Assembly: GCA_964610875.1 (NCBI GenBank)
Contig: CAZSWP010000056.1
Span: 1-18,839 of the forward strand
Origin: an uncultured archaeon
Lineage (GTDB): Archaea > Asgardarchaeota > Thorarchaeia > Thorarchaeales > Thorarchaeaceae
Direction: 5' to 3'
DNA: 18,839 nucleotides
Of the stretch, positions 9,466 through 17,978 are shown piece by piece. Both the position numbers and the translations under genes were made by a program. The notes beneath the pieces were generated by a model that was given only the letters and a program-made list of their open reading frames with translations, was not told where the DNA came from and ran no database searches. How positions within the stretch are numbered: the first letter of the stretch is position 1; every line of letters starts with the position of its first letter.

Positions 9466-10131
9466 TCAATAGTTTCTTATTGGTAGGATTTTTCCATATT
9501 TTTCGTAAAGCTGGTGCAAACCGCGTCGTACATTTTGCCTATTCGCACTAATGCTGCTGGGATGTCTGAAATAATTGTATAACGGTTTTGAGAGATGTGC
9601 CTTTTTTACTGATGGCAATAATTTCATCAATAAATCATATTCAGGAAATATGAGAGACTCATCATACAAACCGAAAGATAATAGCATTTTTTTGGAAAAT
9701 AATATTCCAGCGGCAAGAGTATTGAATATATTATCTTTTGTTGATACAACTATTTTTATACCATTTGATACCTCATAATAATCTGAATAAACGAAATGCA
9801 ATTCTGGATCGATTAGAAACTGATTATACATCAGTTCTAGAATATCCTTTTCAAACCAATCATCAGAATCAAGATATATCACGTAAGGCGTTTTTGAACG
9901 TTTGATACCCAGATTCAATGCACCAATTGAACCTCGATGAGGAATCACTAAGAGGTCTATATCCTTGTATTCGGTTACGATTTCCGTAGAGTTGTCTTTC
10001 GAGCCATCATCTATAACAAGAACCGAATATTCTGTACTATTCAGAGTCTGGTTTAATGCACTTTCTATTGCACGTCTTATTGTATTTTGACTATTATACA
10101 TTCGAATTATTATAGTAATTTTACTAGACAT
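9466..10131 (-). CDS. GT2 family glycosyltransferase
   Basis: Likely start ATG 10131 (MSSKITIIIRMYNS). RAIESALNQT, VIDDGSKDNS, ALNLGI, YLDSDD and YNYFRHPSSIS motifs. Confidence 0.88.
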   Translation of the reverse strand: MSSKITIIIRMYNSQNTIRRAIESALNQTLNSTEYSVLVIDDGSKDNSTEIVTEYKDIDLLVIPHRGSIGALNLGIKRSKTPYVIYLDSDDWFEKDILELMYNQFLIDPELHFVYSDYYEVSNGIKIVVSTKDNIFNTLAAGILFSKKMLLSFGLYDESLIFPEYDLLMKLLPSVKKAHLSKPLYNYFRHPSSISANRQNVRRGLHQLYEKYGKILPIRNY

Positions 10132-10168
10132 GTTCGATGACTCGCAACACATCCAACCCATATAGGTT

Positions 10169-10747
10169 TTAAAAAATTGTCTTAGTAAAGAGTGACTCCA
10201 AATCTCCAAGATCTTTAACGACTTCTGTTAGATTTTTCTTGTCGTCAACATGCTCTCTTCTGTGCCAAGTAAGCACAGCATAATTGCCAGGAGATACTTC
10301 ATGCTTTGATAGAACCTCTTCTTGAAAATTAGGTTCCAAGAAAATCTGTGACCGTCTAAGAAGGATATCATACATGGTATCACCAATTGTATAGATAATT
10401 CCTTGAACCATTTCAGCTTGAAGATTTTCAGCTGCAACGCTTGTAGGAGTAAAAAGAGCAGATGACCCATGATCAATGAGTCTTCGATTCATTTCTTCTT
10501 GGACTCTCATGTCATATCTACGGAGTCCTGATTCGAGATGACATACGGGAATCTCCATTTTGTTGCCAACCAGAGCTGCACCGAGAGCTGAAATCGTATC
10601 ACTTGGAACTATTAGATAATCAGGTATATTCTTTGAAAAATAGGTATGCAGACGATCAATTGTAGCTGATAATTGATAACAATAATCACCTGAACCAACT
10701 TCTAGGTCAACAGGCTTACTAAGCTTAAAGTCAAATAATAAACCATA
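10169..10747 (-). pseudogene. wecB: Internal fragment of non-hydrolysing UDP-GlcNAc 2-epimerase (WecB)
   Basis: The frame is open 10747-10169 without a start: KPVDLEVGSG, PDYLIVPSDTISALGAAL, IPVCHLESGLR, EEMNRRLIDH, IGDTMYD and VLTWHRREHVD. The N-terminal GTRPE region and the C-terminal DSGG region are absent. Confidence 0.82.
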
Positions 10748-10795
10748 TCAATGGGATTTGACTTCTTGAAGTCCAATATAGGATGGATTATCCCG

Positions 10796-11539
10796 ATGAA
10801 ACTGGAAAATCGAGTAGCATTGGTGACTGGATCGTCAAGGGGACTTGGTAGAGAAATAGCACTAGCATTTGCAGATAGGGGTGCTTCAATAATAGTCAAC
10901 TTTTCAAAAAATGAAGAACTGGCAGAGGATGTAGTAAAGGAAATCGAAACGAGGGGTAGTAAAGCTATTGCTGTTCAAGCTGATGTTAGAGACACAAATG
11001 ATGTAGAAAGAATGACAAACACTGCAATTGAAACATTTGGAAGAATAGACATCTTGGTGAATAACGCTGGAGTCTACAACGATAGCACAGTCTGGAAAAT
11101 GACCGATGAGATATGGGAGAGGGTTTTGGATACATGTTTAACCGGGACTTTCAAATGTACAAGGGCAGTTATCTCACACATGAGGGCACACGAGTACGGA
11201 CGCATTGTTAACATATCCTCAGTAGTAGGCCAAATAGGCGTGTTTGGAACATCTAATTATTCTGCAGCAAAAGCAGGTCTTTTTGGTTTTACAAAAGCAG
11301 TAGCAAAGGAAGTCGCAAGAAAAGGAATAACAGTAAATGCACTAACACTGGGCTATTTCGCAGAAGGTATGCTTTTGAAACTGCCAGATGAAATTCAAGA
11401 GGCGGTAAAGAAACAAATCCCAATGGGCAGATTTGGACAGCCAAAAGAACTAACAGATACGATCAACCTCTTGGCTTCAGAGGAAGCGAGCTATCTTACC
11501 GGTCAGATAATACATCTAAATGGTGGATTCTATATGTAG
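10796..11539 (+). CDS. fabG: SDR oxidoreductase, FabG / acetoacetyl-CoA reductase-like
   Basis: VTGSSRGLG, DILVNNAG, GRIVNISS, NYSAAKAG (YxxxK), IPMGRFG and YLTGQIIHLNGG. Start is likely ATG 10796. Confidence 0.85.
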   Translation: MKLENRVALVTGSSRGLGREIALAFADRGASIIVNFSKNEELAEDVVKEIETRGSKAIAVQADVRDTNDVERMTNTAIETFGRIDILVNNAGVYNDSTVWKMTDEIWERVLDTCLTGTFKCTRAVISHMRAHEYGRIVNISSVVGQIGVFGTSNYSAAKAGLFGFTKAVAKEVARKGITVNALTLGYFAEGMLLKLPDEIQEAVKKQIPMGRFGQPKELTDTINLLASEEASYLTGQIIHLNGGFYM

Positions 11540-11830
11540 TAGGCATTTCCACACCTTAACAAAGAAGAGAGATGAAGAACATCATTCTTTGTTGTACAAT
11601 GCCAAATGAAGAAATATTTGATAACAAGAAGTAGTCGAAATTGTGACGCATAAGATGATTATTCTAATCACATATTTCTGTGTCATTATGAATCTATACT
11701 CGTGGTGAGCAGTCTTCACATTGATCTAAAATCTCTTTATTCTTGATAACACAGACAAACACGGATAAAGAGAGATGACACAGCATCTTCACGTAATACA
11801 ATCGGATTCCGAGAAGTATCACCGAGCGGA

Positions 11831-12814
11831 TTATACAAGTGATCTTGATTCTATTTTTCCACTCAGTAATAGCTGAGTAGAGGCAACTAAAACTGCGATA
11901 CGTCGCTGAAACCAATCAGTTGAACTCTTCGAGAAAACGTCCAACACAGATTTCGCTACCAGTAGTTCTGCTTGCACAGGTAAAACTGTGGCAAAGTAGC
12001 AATTTTCCTTGAGTACTTTTTCATCAAAGAACCAATCTTTGTATTGAAGAGCAAAATCACTGTTACGTTCAGGTCTCTGATAGTCATCAAGTCGACACCA
12101 ATTCAAAGCAAATACTGCATCAGACCCAGAAAAGGCATCCTCATCAAAGCTATCGTGAGTTACAAAGCTAGTTTCCATGTCAGTTGCAAGACGCTTGGCT
12201 CTCTTCACAGCTGTCCGCCCCAATTGAAAATCAGGAGGCTCTACGAGTGTCACATTGGCACCTAGCGTGAGAGCAGCCAAAAGAAAACTGTGTGCCACTC
12301 CCGGAGTGTCGAATCTTGAACCAAATCCCCATGAGAGGGTGAGGGTTTTACCTTGTATCCCATCCAATTCTTGTGAAATTCCAACTAATTCTCCCAATGC
12401 CGCCTGTGTGGCATATAGTTCATCACCAGTGGAGAGCACGGGAGTATCACAAGCCTGTATGATCCCTTCAGTGAGTCTATGACCATTCCCAAAGGACTGA
12501 CGGTCTATCAGATGGGTGAGGAGAATATCGAAATTCGAACTCAGATTACGTATTGTGTCAATATATTCTTCATCTGAGAGACCTGAAGCATAAAATGGTG
12601 CAAGATCAACGGAACGAAGGCCAAGACGGGCACAGGCAATCTCCATGATTGTATCTTCAGAAGGACTTGGCTCTAGACTTGTAAGACCCGCAATGAAGCT
12701 ATGTGAGTTCAGACCTCTTTCAGAAAGACCACTTCCTTTCAGGATCCTCTCTGCTCTTGAGAGAATGAGTGACAGTTGAGTCTTGTATTCCTCTAAGTGC
12801 TTCATTTCAATCAC
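11831..12814 (-). CDS. Aspartate/ornithine carbamoyltransferase-fold protein (YgeW/knotted-type-like) with degenerate active site
   Basis: Colinear family landmarks EIACARLG, DTIRNLS, PVLSTGDELYATQA, GKTLTLSWGF, LGANVTLVEPPDFQL, AFSGSDAVFALNW, KDW and VLPV. The STRT, HPxQ and HCLP motifs are missing. Confidence 0.72.
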   Translation of the reverse strand: MIEMKHLEEYKTQLSLILSRAERILKGSGLSERGLNSHSFIAGLTSLEPSPSEDTIMEIACARLGLRSVDLAPFYASGLSDEEYIDTIRNLSSNFDILLTHLIDRQSFGNGHRLTEGIIQACDTPVLSTGDELYATQAALGELVGISQELDGIQGKTLTLSWGFGSRFDTPGVAHSFLLAALTLGANVTLVEPPDFQLGRTAVKRAKRLATDMETSFVTHDSFDEDAFSGSDAVFALNWCRLDDYQRPERNSDFALQYKDWFFDEKVLKENCYFATVLPVQAELLVAKSVLDVFSKSSTDWFQRRIAVLVASTQLLLSGKIESRSLV

Positions 12815-12906
12815 ACATTTCTGATCTAATCTTACATTCTAAGCTTCCTTAAATTGTTGGGAAAATCATATCAAGACATTGTTTCGCCAAAAGTGTGTGA
12901 GAAATC

Positions 12907-14274
12907 TTGCCAGTGAACCCGATTGACTATGGTAGATATGGGAATCGCGAGATGGTTGCGGTCTTTGAGGAGGAGTTCCGTCACAATCTCTGGTTAAAGA
13001 TTGAAGCGGCTGTAGCAAAAGCTCAAGCAGAACTCGATATGATCCCAACTGAGGCGGCAGAAGATATCGCACGAAAAGCCCGTCCAGAGTTTGTAACTCT
13101 TGAGAGGACAATGGAGATTGAGAGTAAGACTCGTCACGATGTTGCTGCACTCTTCGAAGCGATTGCAGAGAAGTGTGAAGGTGAGGGTGCGCGATGGGTT
13201 CACTTTGGTCTCACAAGCAACGACATCAAGGACACTGCTCTGGGTCTACAGCTGAAACAGGCCTACAGCATTCTACTACCTCATATCGATGACCTCTGTA
13301 GAGAACTAGGACGGAAGGCACAAGAACATCAGGATCTAGTTGCTGTTGGCAGGTCTCATGGACAACATGCAGTCCCTATTACCTACGGACTCAGATTCAC
13401 AGTCTGGTTAGACGAGATTCTACGACATCGTGAGCGAGTAGATACAGCATCCAAACGAGCAAGTGTTGGCAAGATTGCTGGTGCAACTGGAAGTCATGCT
13501 GCTATGGGACCAAAAGGGATAGAGGTACAGAAACGCGTCCTAGAGGAACTAGGACTACACACCCCAATAGCGACCACTCAGATCATTCAACGGGACAGGC
13601 ATGCTGAAAGCATACTCACTTTAGCAAATCTATGTGCAAGCCTAGACAAGATTGCTACAGACTTCAGGACCTTACAACGGACTGAGATCTCAGAGACCTA
13701 TGAACCCTTCAAGAGTGGCGAACAGGTTGGGTCTTCAGCAATGCCTCATAAGCGAAATCCAGTCACCACTGAAAAGATATGTGGCTTAGCCAGAGTTGTA
13801 AGGAGTCTAGCTGCACCAGCACTAGAGAATGTGATAAGCTGGGAAGAGCGAGACATCAGTCATTCTTCTACAGAGAGGTTCATCATACCGCAAGCGTTCA
13901 TTCTAGCAGATTACCTTGTAACTGAGATGACAAGAGTGATCAAAGGACTTACCATAGACAAGGAGGCTGTGGAGAAGAACCTGAATCTCTCACAGGGACA
14001 GATTCTCAGTGAGTACATTGTGACAACTCTGACTCAGCAGGGTCTTGAGAGACCTAAGGCCCACGAAACTCTTAGAGAGATCAGCGAAAATTCCAGAGAG
14101 AAGGGGATTGGACTCCTCGAAGCTCTCACAGAGGTTTCTGAAGTAACAGAGTACCTGAAGGATGTAGATATCAGTCTTGATGCATACTATGATATGATTC
14201 GCAAAAATTCCCATACAATTGTCAAATCAGCCTTTGATAAGATGCATAAAGTATTGTCTAGTCATACGAAATGA
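12907..14274 (+). CDS. purB: Adenylosuccinate lyase
   Basis: TRHDV, VHFGLTSNDIKDT, GRSHGQHAVP, GKIAGATG, TQIIQRD, GSSAMPHKRNP signature and ERDISHSSTER. TTG start. Confidence 0.96.
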   Translation: MPVNPIDYGRYGNREMVAVFEEEFRHNLWLKIEAAVAKAQAELDMIPTEAAEDIARKARPEFVTLERTMEIESKTRHDVAALFEAIAEKCEGEGARWVHFGLTSNDIKDTALGLQLKQAYSILLPHIDDLCRELGRKAQEHQDLVAVGRSHGQHAVPITYGLRFTVWLDEILRHRERVDTASKRASVGKIAGATGSHAAMGPKGIEVQKRVLEELGLHTPIATTQIIQRDRHAESILTLANLCASLDKIATDFRTLQRTEISETYEPFKSGEQVGSSAMPHKRNPVTTEKICGLARVVRSLAAPALENVISWEERDISHSSTERFIIPQAFILADYLVTEMTRVIKGLTIDKEAVEKNLNLSQGQILSEYIVTTLTQQGLERPKAHETLREISENSREKGIGLLEALTEVSEVTEYLKDVDISLDAYYDMIRKNSHTIVKSAFDKMHKVLSSHTK

Positions 14275-14316
14275 ACCAAAAACGAGAGTAATACACTTTC
14301 AGAAAAGAGTATCACA

Positions 14317-14834
14317 TCAGTATTTGAGAGCATAATAGCTCTTGTCATTACTTATGCGATAAAATTGTAGTTTCCTTTCTTTCCTATACTCATTTTTCCA
14401 ACGGAGGGCAATCCATCCAGATGCACTCACAATCATATAACCGATAGGTGGCATAAGAAAAAGGAGATTTACAACAGGACCCCATTCATAAGGTGCAATA
14501 TTTGGTGTCACACGTGATAAAATTCCATATACTAGTTGTGAGAGAAAGCCTGCATAAGGAGCCAGTAGAATAAATCCTTGACCGACCTTCTTTAATTTAA
14601 GCTCACTCCTATCATCAATTTCTCTGAAAATCTGCAGATATGCTTTTGCAGGTAGTAAACCCACCAAGCACTTCCCAGCTAATTATCTCTCTTTGTTGGG
14701 ATGCAAATAGGATGGAACCTATATTTCTCAGTAACTTGGAATCTCTATCCTGAATGGTAGGTATAGTAACTAGATATCATTATGATTGCTGTAAATAGTA
14801 CTATACCCATTGTAGATAAAGATACTAAATCCAC
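14317..14834 (-). pseudogene. Small membrane protein gene (partner of cassette A), apparently frameshifted
   Basis: GGGTGA RBS plus GTG at 14834, just after the cassette A stop, gives the hydrophobic VDLVSLSTMGIVLFTAIIMISSYY, which then stops. The distal frame 14317-14667 has 2 TM segments and a basic tail. Confidence 0.5.
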
Positions 14835-14866
14835 GATTTCACCCCTACATACTAAATCCACGATTT
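14822..14866. repeat. 18-bp perfect direct repeat atactaaatccacgattt (14822-14839 and 14849-14866)
   Basis: Read directly. The 9-nt spacer contains the RBS and most of the stop codon. Confidence 0.9.
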
Positions 14867-15612
14867 ATCATCTGAACATACACTACTAGACATGAAGCCA
14901 ATACAAATAACTTCACAAATGCTATAGCAGTTGTCCATATAGCACTTTTCACATTATTACCTCTATATTCAGCTTCCAGTGAATCACATAGTCTATGCAT
15001 CTTCAAAACAGCAACTAAGGTACCTGCTAGTGATAATGCGCTGTATAACCCCGGTAAGAGTGCTAGTGCAAATCCAAGAAAATTGAATGCAACACCCCAA
15101 GGATGCAATTGCCCATCGAGTACTAGATTGTCGAGAATTGTCACATATAGCTCAAAAAGTATTAACCATGCAGTTATACCTGCAACCATTTTCGGGACAT
15201 CCCAACTCATATTTTCAAGTAATCTAAGACCTCGAACAAGCATTTGTCCAATAATGAAAGGTAATGTAAACGAGAAAATCAATTTAGCGTAGTCATTCAC
15301 TTGATTAGCTGTTGAATCAAGTTCTGCTTGTGACATAGCTATTATCGTAGGTATTGAGATAATCAAAGTATCACATTGTATACTACCCAAAATATCTATC
15401 CTAAGTATAAGATCAAGACTTTCATCAACAAAAGCGAGAACCAACCAAGGCCAGTAATTCACTACTTCCCATGTGGCAGTAATATCCAATGTTATTGGTA
15501 CAAGAAAATCATCTGTGTTGTCACATTGTGTTGTAGTTGGATAACCTGTACCATCACACTCCATAGGCGCATACGGGTCTGGATCCGTGGGATTGGGAGC
15601 ATCCAGGTCTGC
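14845..15612 (-). other. Cassette A: 5'-truncated paralogous tip (anchor motif + WP/IDxLG domain + ~4 TM helices)
   Basis: ADLDAPNPTDPDPYAPMECDGT...NYWPWLVL...IDILG, followed by hydrophobic helices. Homology to cassette B ends at 15612, and the ORF's ATG at 15633 lies in antisense hdrA sequence. Confidence 0.7.
15548..15612. repeat. Dispersed anchor repeat copy 1 (with 17843-17907)
   Basis: Ungapped 65-nt alignment with 53/65 identity by hand count. Confidence 0.9.
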
Positions 15613-15721
15613 TCTGTGTAAGGGATGCGGCATATGTACATCTACCTGTCCAAGTGGTGCAATAAGCTCACAGCATCACACCGATGGACAGATTGCTGCA
15701 ATGATCACAGAGTATCTGTGA
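15611..15721 (+). pseudogene. hdrA: 3' remnant of a heterodisulfide reductase subunit A-like gene (last 4Fe-4S motif)
   Basis: Hand translation gives ALCKGCGICTSTCPSGAISSQHHTDGQIAAMITEYL*, a CxxCxxCxxxCP motif plus the HdrA-type H.TD.QI.A.I tail. No start codon, and absent from the ORF track. Confidence 0.8.
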
Positions 15722-16225
15722 GTCAAATGTGGAATAAAATCATAGCTATGTGTCAATCAGTATTGAATAGAATTAAACATCTCTCAAGCTTTCACTCCAA
15801 CTTCATCGTTCCCAACAGAGAATGACCTAGACCTAATTGAGTTTGGCTCGTTTAACATGACTTTTTGAGAACAATATCACCTGTCATGCAGACACACTCT
15901 TCTATATCGTGCAATATCCCATATTTATATTGCTATCATAAGAATTAATCCTAATATGATCTGATTCCAGATAGCAAGAAATACATCTTGTAAGGGGTCT
16001 CCTACAATTCAATGGGATTCACTTGTAGGTATACGGTATTGATATGCATGTCATGAAAACTGGATATCCAACTGCCTTTTCCTTAGTGTATGTATTATCG
16101 AGAGATATCAAAATATCTTATCATCGCACTCAGTGTTTAACAAATAGATTAAATATATGAGGCCACACATTATTCATGTGTGTCATTTTTCTAATTTTTT
16201 TAATTTAGTTTACGAGGGTTCATTG

Positions 16226-16600
16226 TCAATCGTTTTTTCGTGTTCTTCTCTTTAGGAATAATCCTAGAAATTCACCTGTGAATTCAAAGTAAGCAATTAC
16301 TATTGCAATTGGAAAAATAACACTCACTTCTGAGAACTCAGCAGGTGTGAGAATCCAACTTGATATTGGAGGCCAAAGAAGGATTAGTAGATATCTAGTC
16401 AGCAAGAGAAAGAGATTGCCAAATCTTGTTTCAACCATCACCTTCAATAATTCCGTACAGGACTTCTGTATCTCCGTCTTTCCCTCTAACCAATCCATAT
16501 ATTCTCTAATGGAACAGCGAAAAAGGAAAGGAATTGGTAGAGCCAGAAGCACACCAACCATTGCAACGACTACCAACTTCAATATAATCATCGAATTCAT
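16226..16600 (-). CDS. Small membrane protein, ~3 TM with basic C-tail (putative immunity/partner)
   Basis: 124 aa with three hydrophobic stretches, ending KRRTRKND. Starts 12 nt after the stop of a tip-like remnant. Confidence 0.65.
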   Translation of the reverse strand: MNSMIILKLVVVAMVGVLLALPIPFLFRCSIREYMDWLEGKTEIQKSCTELLKVMVETRFGNLFLLLTRYLLILLWPPISSWILTPAEFSEVSVIFPIAIVIAYFEFTGEFLGLFLKRRTRKND

Positions 16601-16612
16601 CTCTTCTGCAAT

Positions 16613-16735
16613 TTACAAATTGGGATCATATTCTGTTTCTATACCATTCTGCGCACACCATAGGAGTACACCCATTCCAGCAAGAAGGATTCCAACAGCT
16701 GTTAGCTGCATGACATTACTAGCTTGAAATCTCGG
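16613..16735 (-). pseudogene. Remnant C-terminal TM helix of a possible third tip
   Basis: Hand translation gives PRFQASNVMQLTAVGILLAGMGVLLWCAQNGIETEYDPNL*, in the same position relative to a small membrane gene as the ends of cassettes A and B. Confidence 0.4.
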
Positions 16736-16765
16736 TCATTTGGTAGTTTCTTTTCTCGGTGACAT

Positions 16766-17077
16766 CTAAAAATATGACAATGCCCATCCAACAAAACTAT
16801 ACACAACAATAACCAAGATGATGTTAGAAAATATAGTTATAAACGCTATAGTAAAGAGATTATTTGGGTTCATGAGTAATTCAATAAACGAGCCTGATAA
16901 TCCAATGATTTCTGACAATAGCATCGATCGAGTTCTAGATGAGAAGAAATAGTCATGTACCTTCAGAAAATATTTACTCCTACCAAAAAGAATCCAATAT
17001 AGGGGATGTATAACGATACTACATCCCCAGAATATAATAAGTATTGGATGATTGCTGGATAGTATAGTTTGCATCAT
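16766..17077 (-). CDS. Small membrane protein, ~3 TM (putative immunity/partner of cassette B)
   Basis: 103 aa and hydrophobic. The start overlaps the cassette B stop (ATGA, 17074-17077), indicating translational coupling. Confidence 0.7.
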   Translation of the reverse strand: MMQTILSSNHPILIIFWGCSIVIHPLYWILFGRSKYFLKVHDYFFSSRTRSMLLSEIIGLSGSFIELLMNPNNLFTIAFITIFSNIILVIVVYSFVGWALSYF

Positions 17078-17978
17078 GTGGACACTCCTTCCATATATGA
17101 ACTGGCTGATACTTCAAGCATCACAATGAAAATGTAATAGGTATAGATAAACATGAAGAATTGTGTAACAACACCAATAATGGTCCATATGAGCCATGAT
17201 TTGAAATCATCTAAAGTCTTCACAGAAGAGTAGACTTCAGAAATGATATAGTAATATATCGCGCTCTTTAAGAAAGTTGATACAATTAATCCTGTTGGAC
17301 CGATGAATGAATCCAACCATGCAGATAATATACCTATTATGAAATTTCCTGAAACCAAATTAGTTTCATATGCCCCCATCAATGTGAACAGCCAAATTAA
17401 CCATGAAGCAATTGCAATCTCCAACACAGCAGCAACTGCAACTATTCCACCTACTGAAAAAGCACTTGCAACAAGAGAACAACATTGTTTTATTATAAAC
17501 ATCACTCCCGTTGTTGCATCCCTAAAGCTATTTTCAATATCTCCATTTACTTTAGCATCATATCCAACTTGCTGTACCCAACAATCTCTCTGTGTTGCTG
17601 TCATCTGATCAAAGATTGGACTAGAAAAATCGGTTTCCTCAACATCAAGATCTCCTAAAAGATCAATTGAAAAATGTATGATTGCATATCCATTGAGATT
17701 AGTAGCAAATGATAGACTTAGATGAAGAATTGGCCATATTCCTTCCCACCATGTTAGTACCTGATTAGCAAGATTCTCTGCATCCTGTAATAGTGAGTCA
17801 GTATCTATTAAAGTAGTGAGTTTAGAGTTCATGCCATCACTAGTCCCATCGCACTCCACCGTTGCATACGGGTCAGGAGCAGTGGGATTGGGGGCATGGA
17901 GGTCTGCGACGACGTTGAGGTCATGGATACGCATCTCATTGAGATTGTAGCTCCTGTATTGGTAGCCGAGGATGCCAA
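17074..17978 (-). other. Cassette B: 5'-truncated paralogous tip (anchor motif + WP/IDxLG domain + ~4 TM helices)
   Basis: GILGYQYRSYNLNEMRIHDLNVVADLHAPNPTAPDPYATVECDGT...GIWPILHL...IDLLG, followed by TM helices. GC-richer block at 17843-17978. Possible internal ATG at 17934. The first ~45 codons of the 346-aa ORF look fortuitous. Confidence 0.7.
17843..17907. repeat. Dispersed anchor repeat copy 2
   Basis: gtcccatcgcactccaccgttgcatacgggtcaggagcagtgggattgggggcatggaggtctgc aligns with 15548-15612. Confidence 0.9.

Noticed and set aside
11540-11830. Possible small gene or ncRNA between fabG and the carbamoyltransferase-like gene (MKNIILCCT...)
   Set aside because: Stops after 20 codons, with no recognisable homology or structure.
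193-14214. Numerous short antisense or alternate-frame ORFs in the track (e.g. 193-480, 844-1179, 5721-6155, 6379-6753, 7845-8130, 12044-12482, 12866-13203)
   Set aside because: They are shadows of well-supported genes, with no motifs of their own.
14822-14866. Direct repeat as a CRISPR mini-array
   Set aside because: Only two 18-nt copies with a 9-nt spacer, and no cas genes.
15611-15619. gctctgtgt matching part of the IS TIR at the cassette A/hdrA junction
   Set aside because: Only 9 nt, lacks the terminal GG and the aaaagtc part, and is fully explained by the codons Ala-Leu-Cys.
15625-15825. 66-aa + strand ORF
   Set aside because: Wrong frame. The recognisable coding signal here is the hdrA remnant in another + frame.
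16164-16182. cacacat-tattc-atgtgtg hairpin followed by T-runs, and a similar 8-5-8 hairpin at 18795-18815
   Set aside because: Short stems with unrelated sequences. The T-run is on the strand with no upstream gene, and the second hairpin is inside a coding frame.
15548-17907. Anchor repeats as a DGR template/variable repeat pair
   Set aside because: Mismatches are not confined to adenines of one copy, many are synonymous, and there is no reverse transcriptase in the window.
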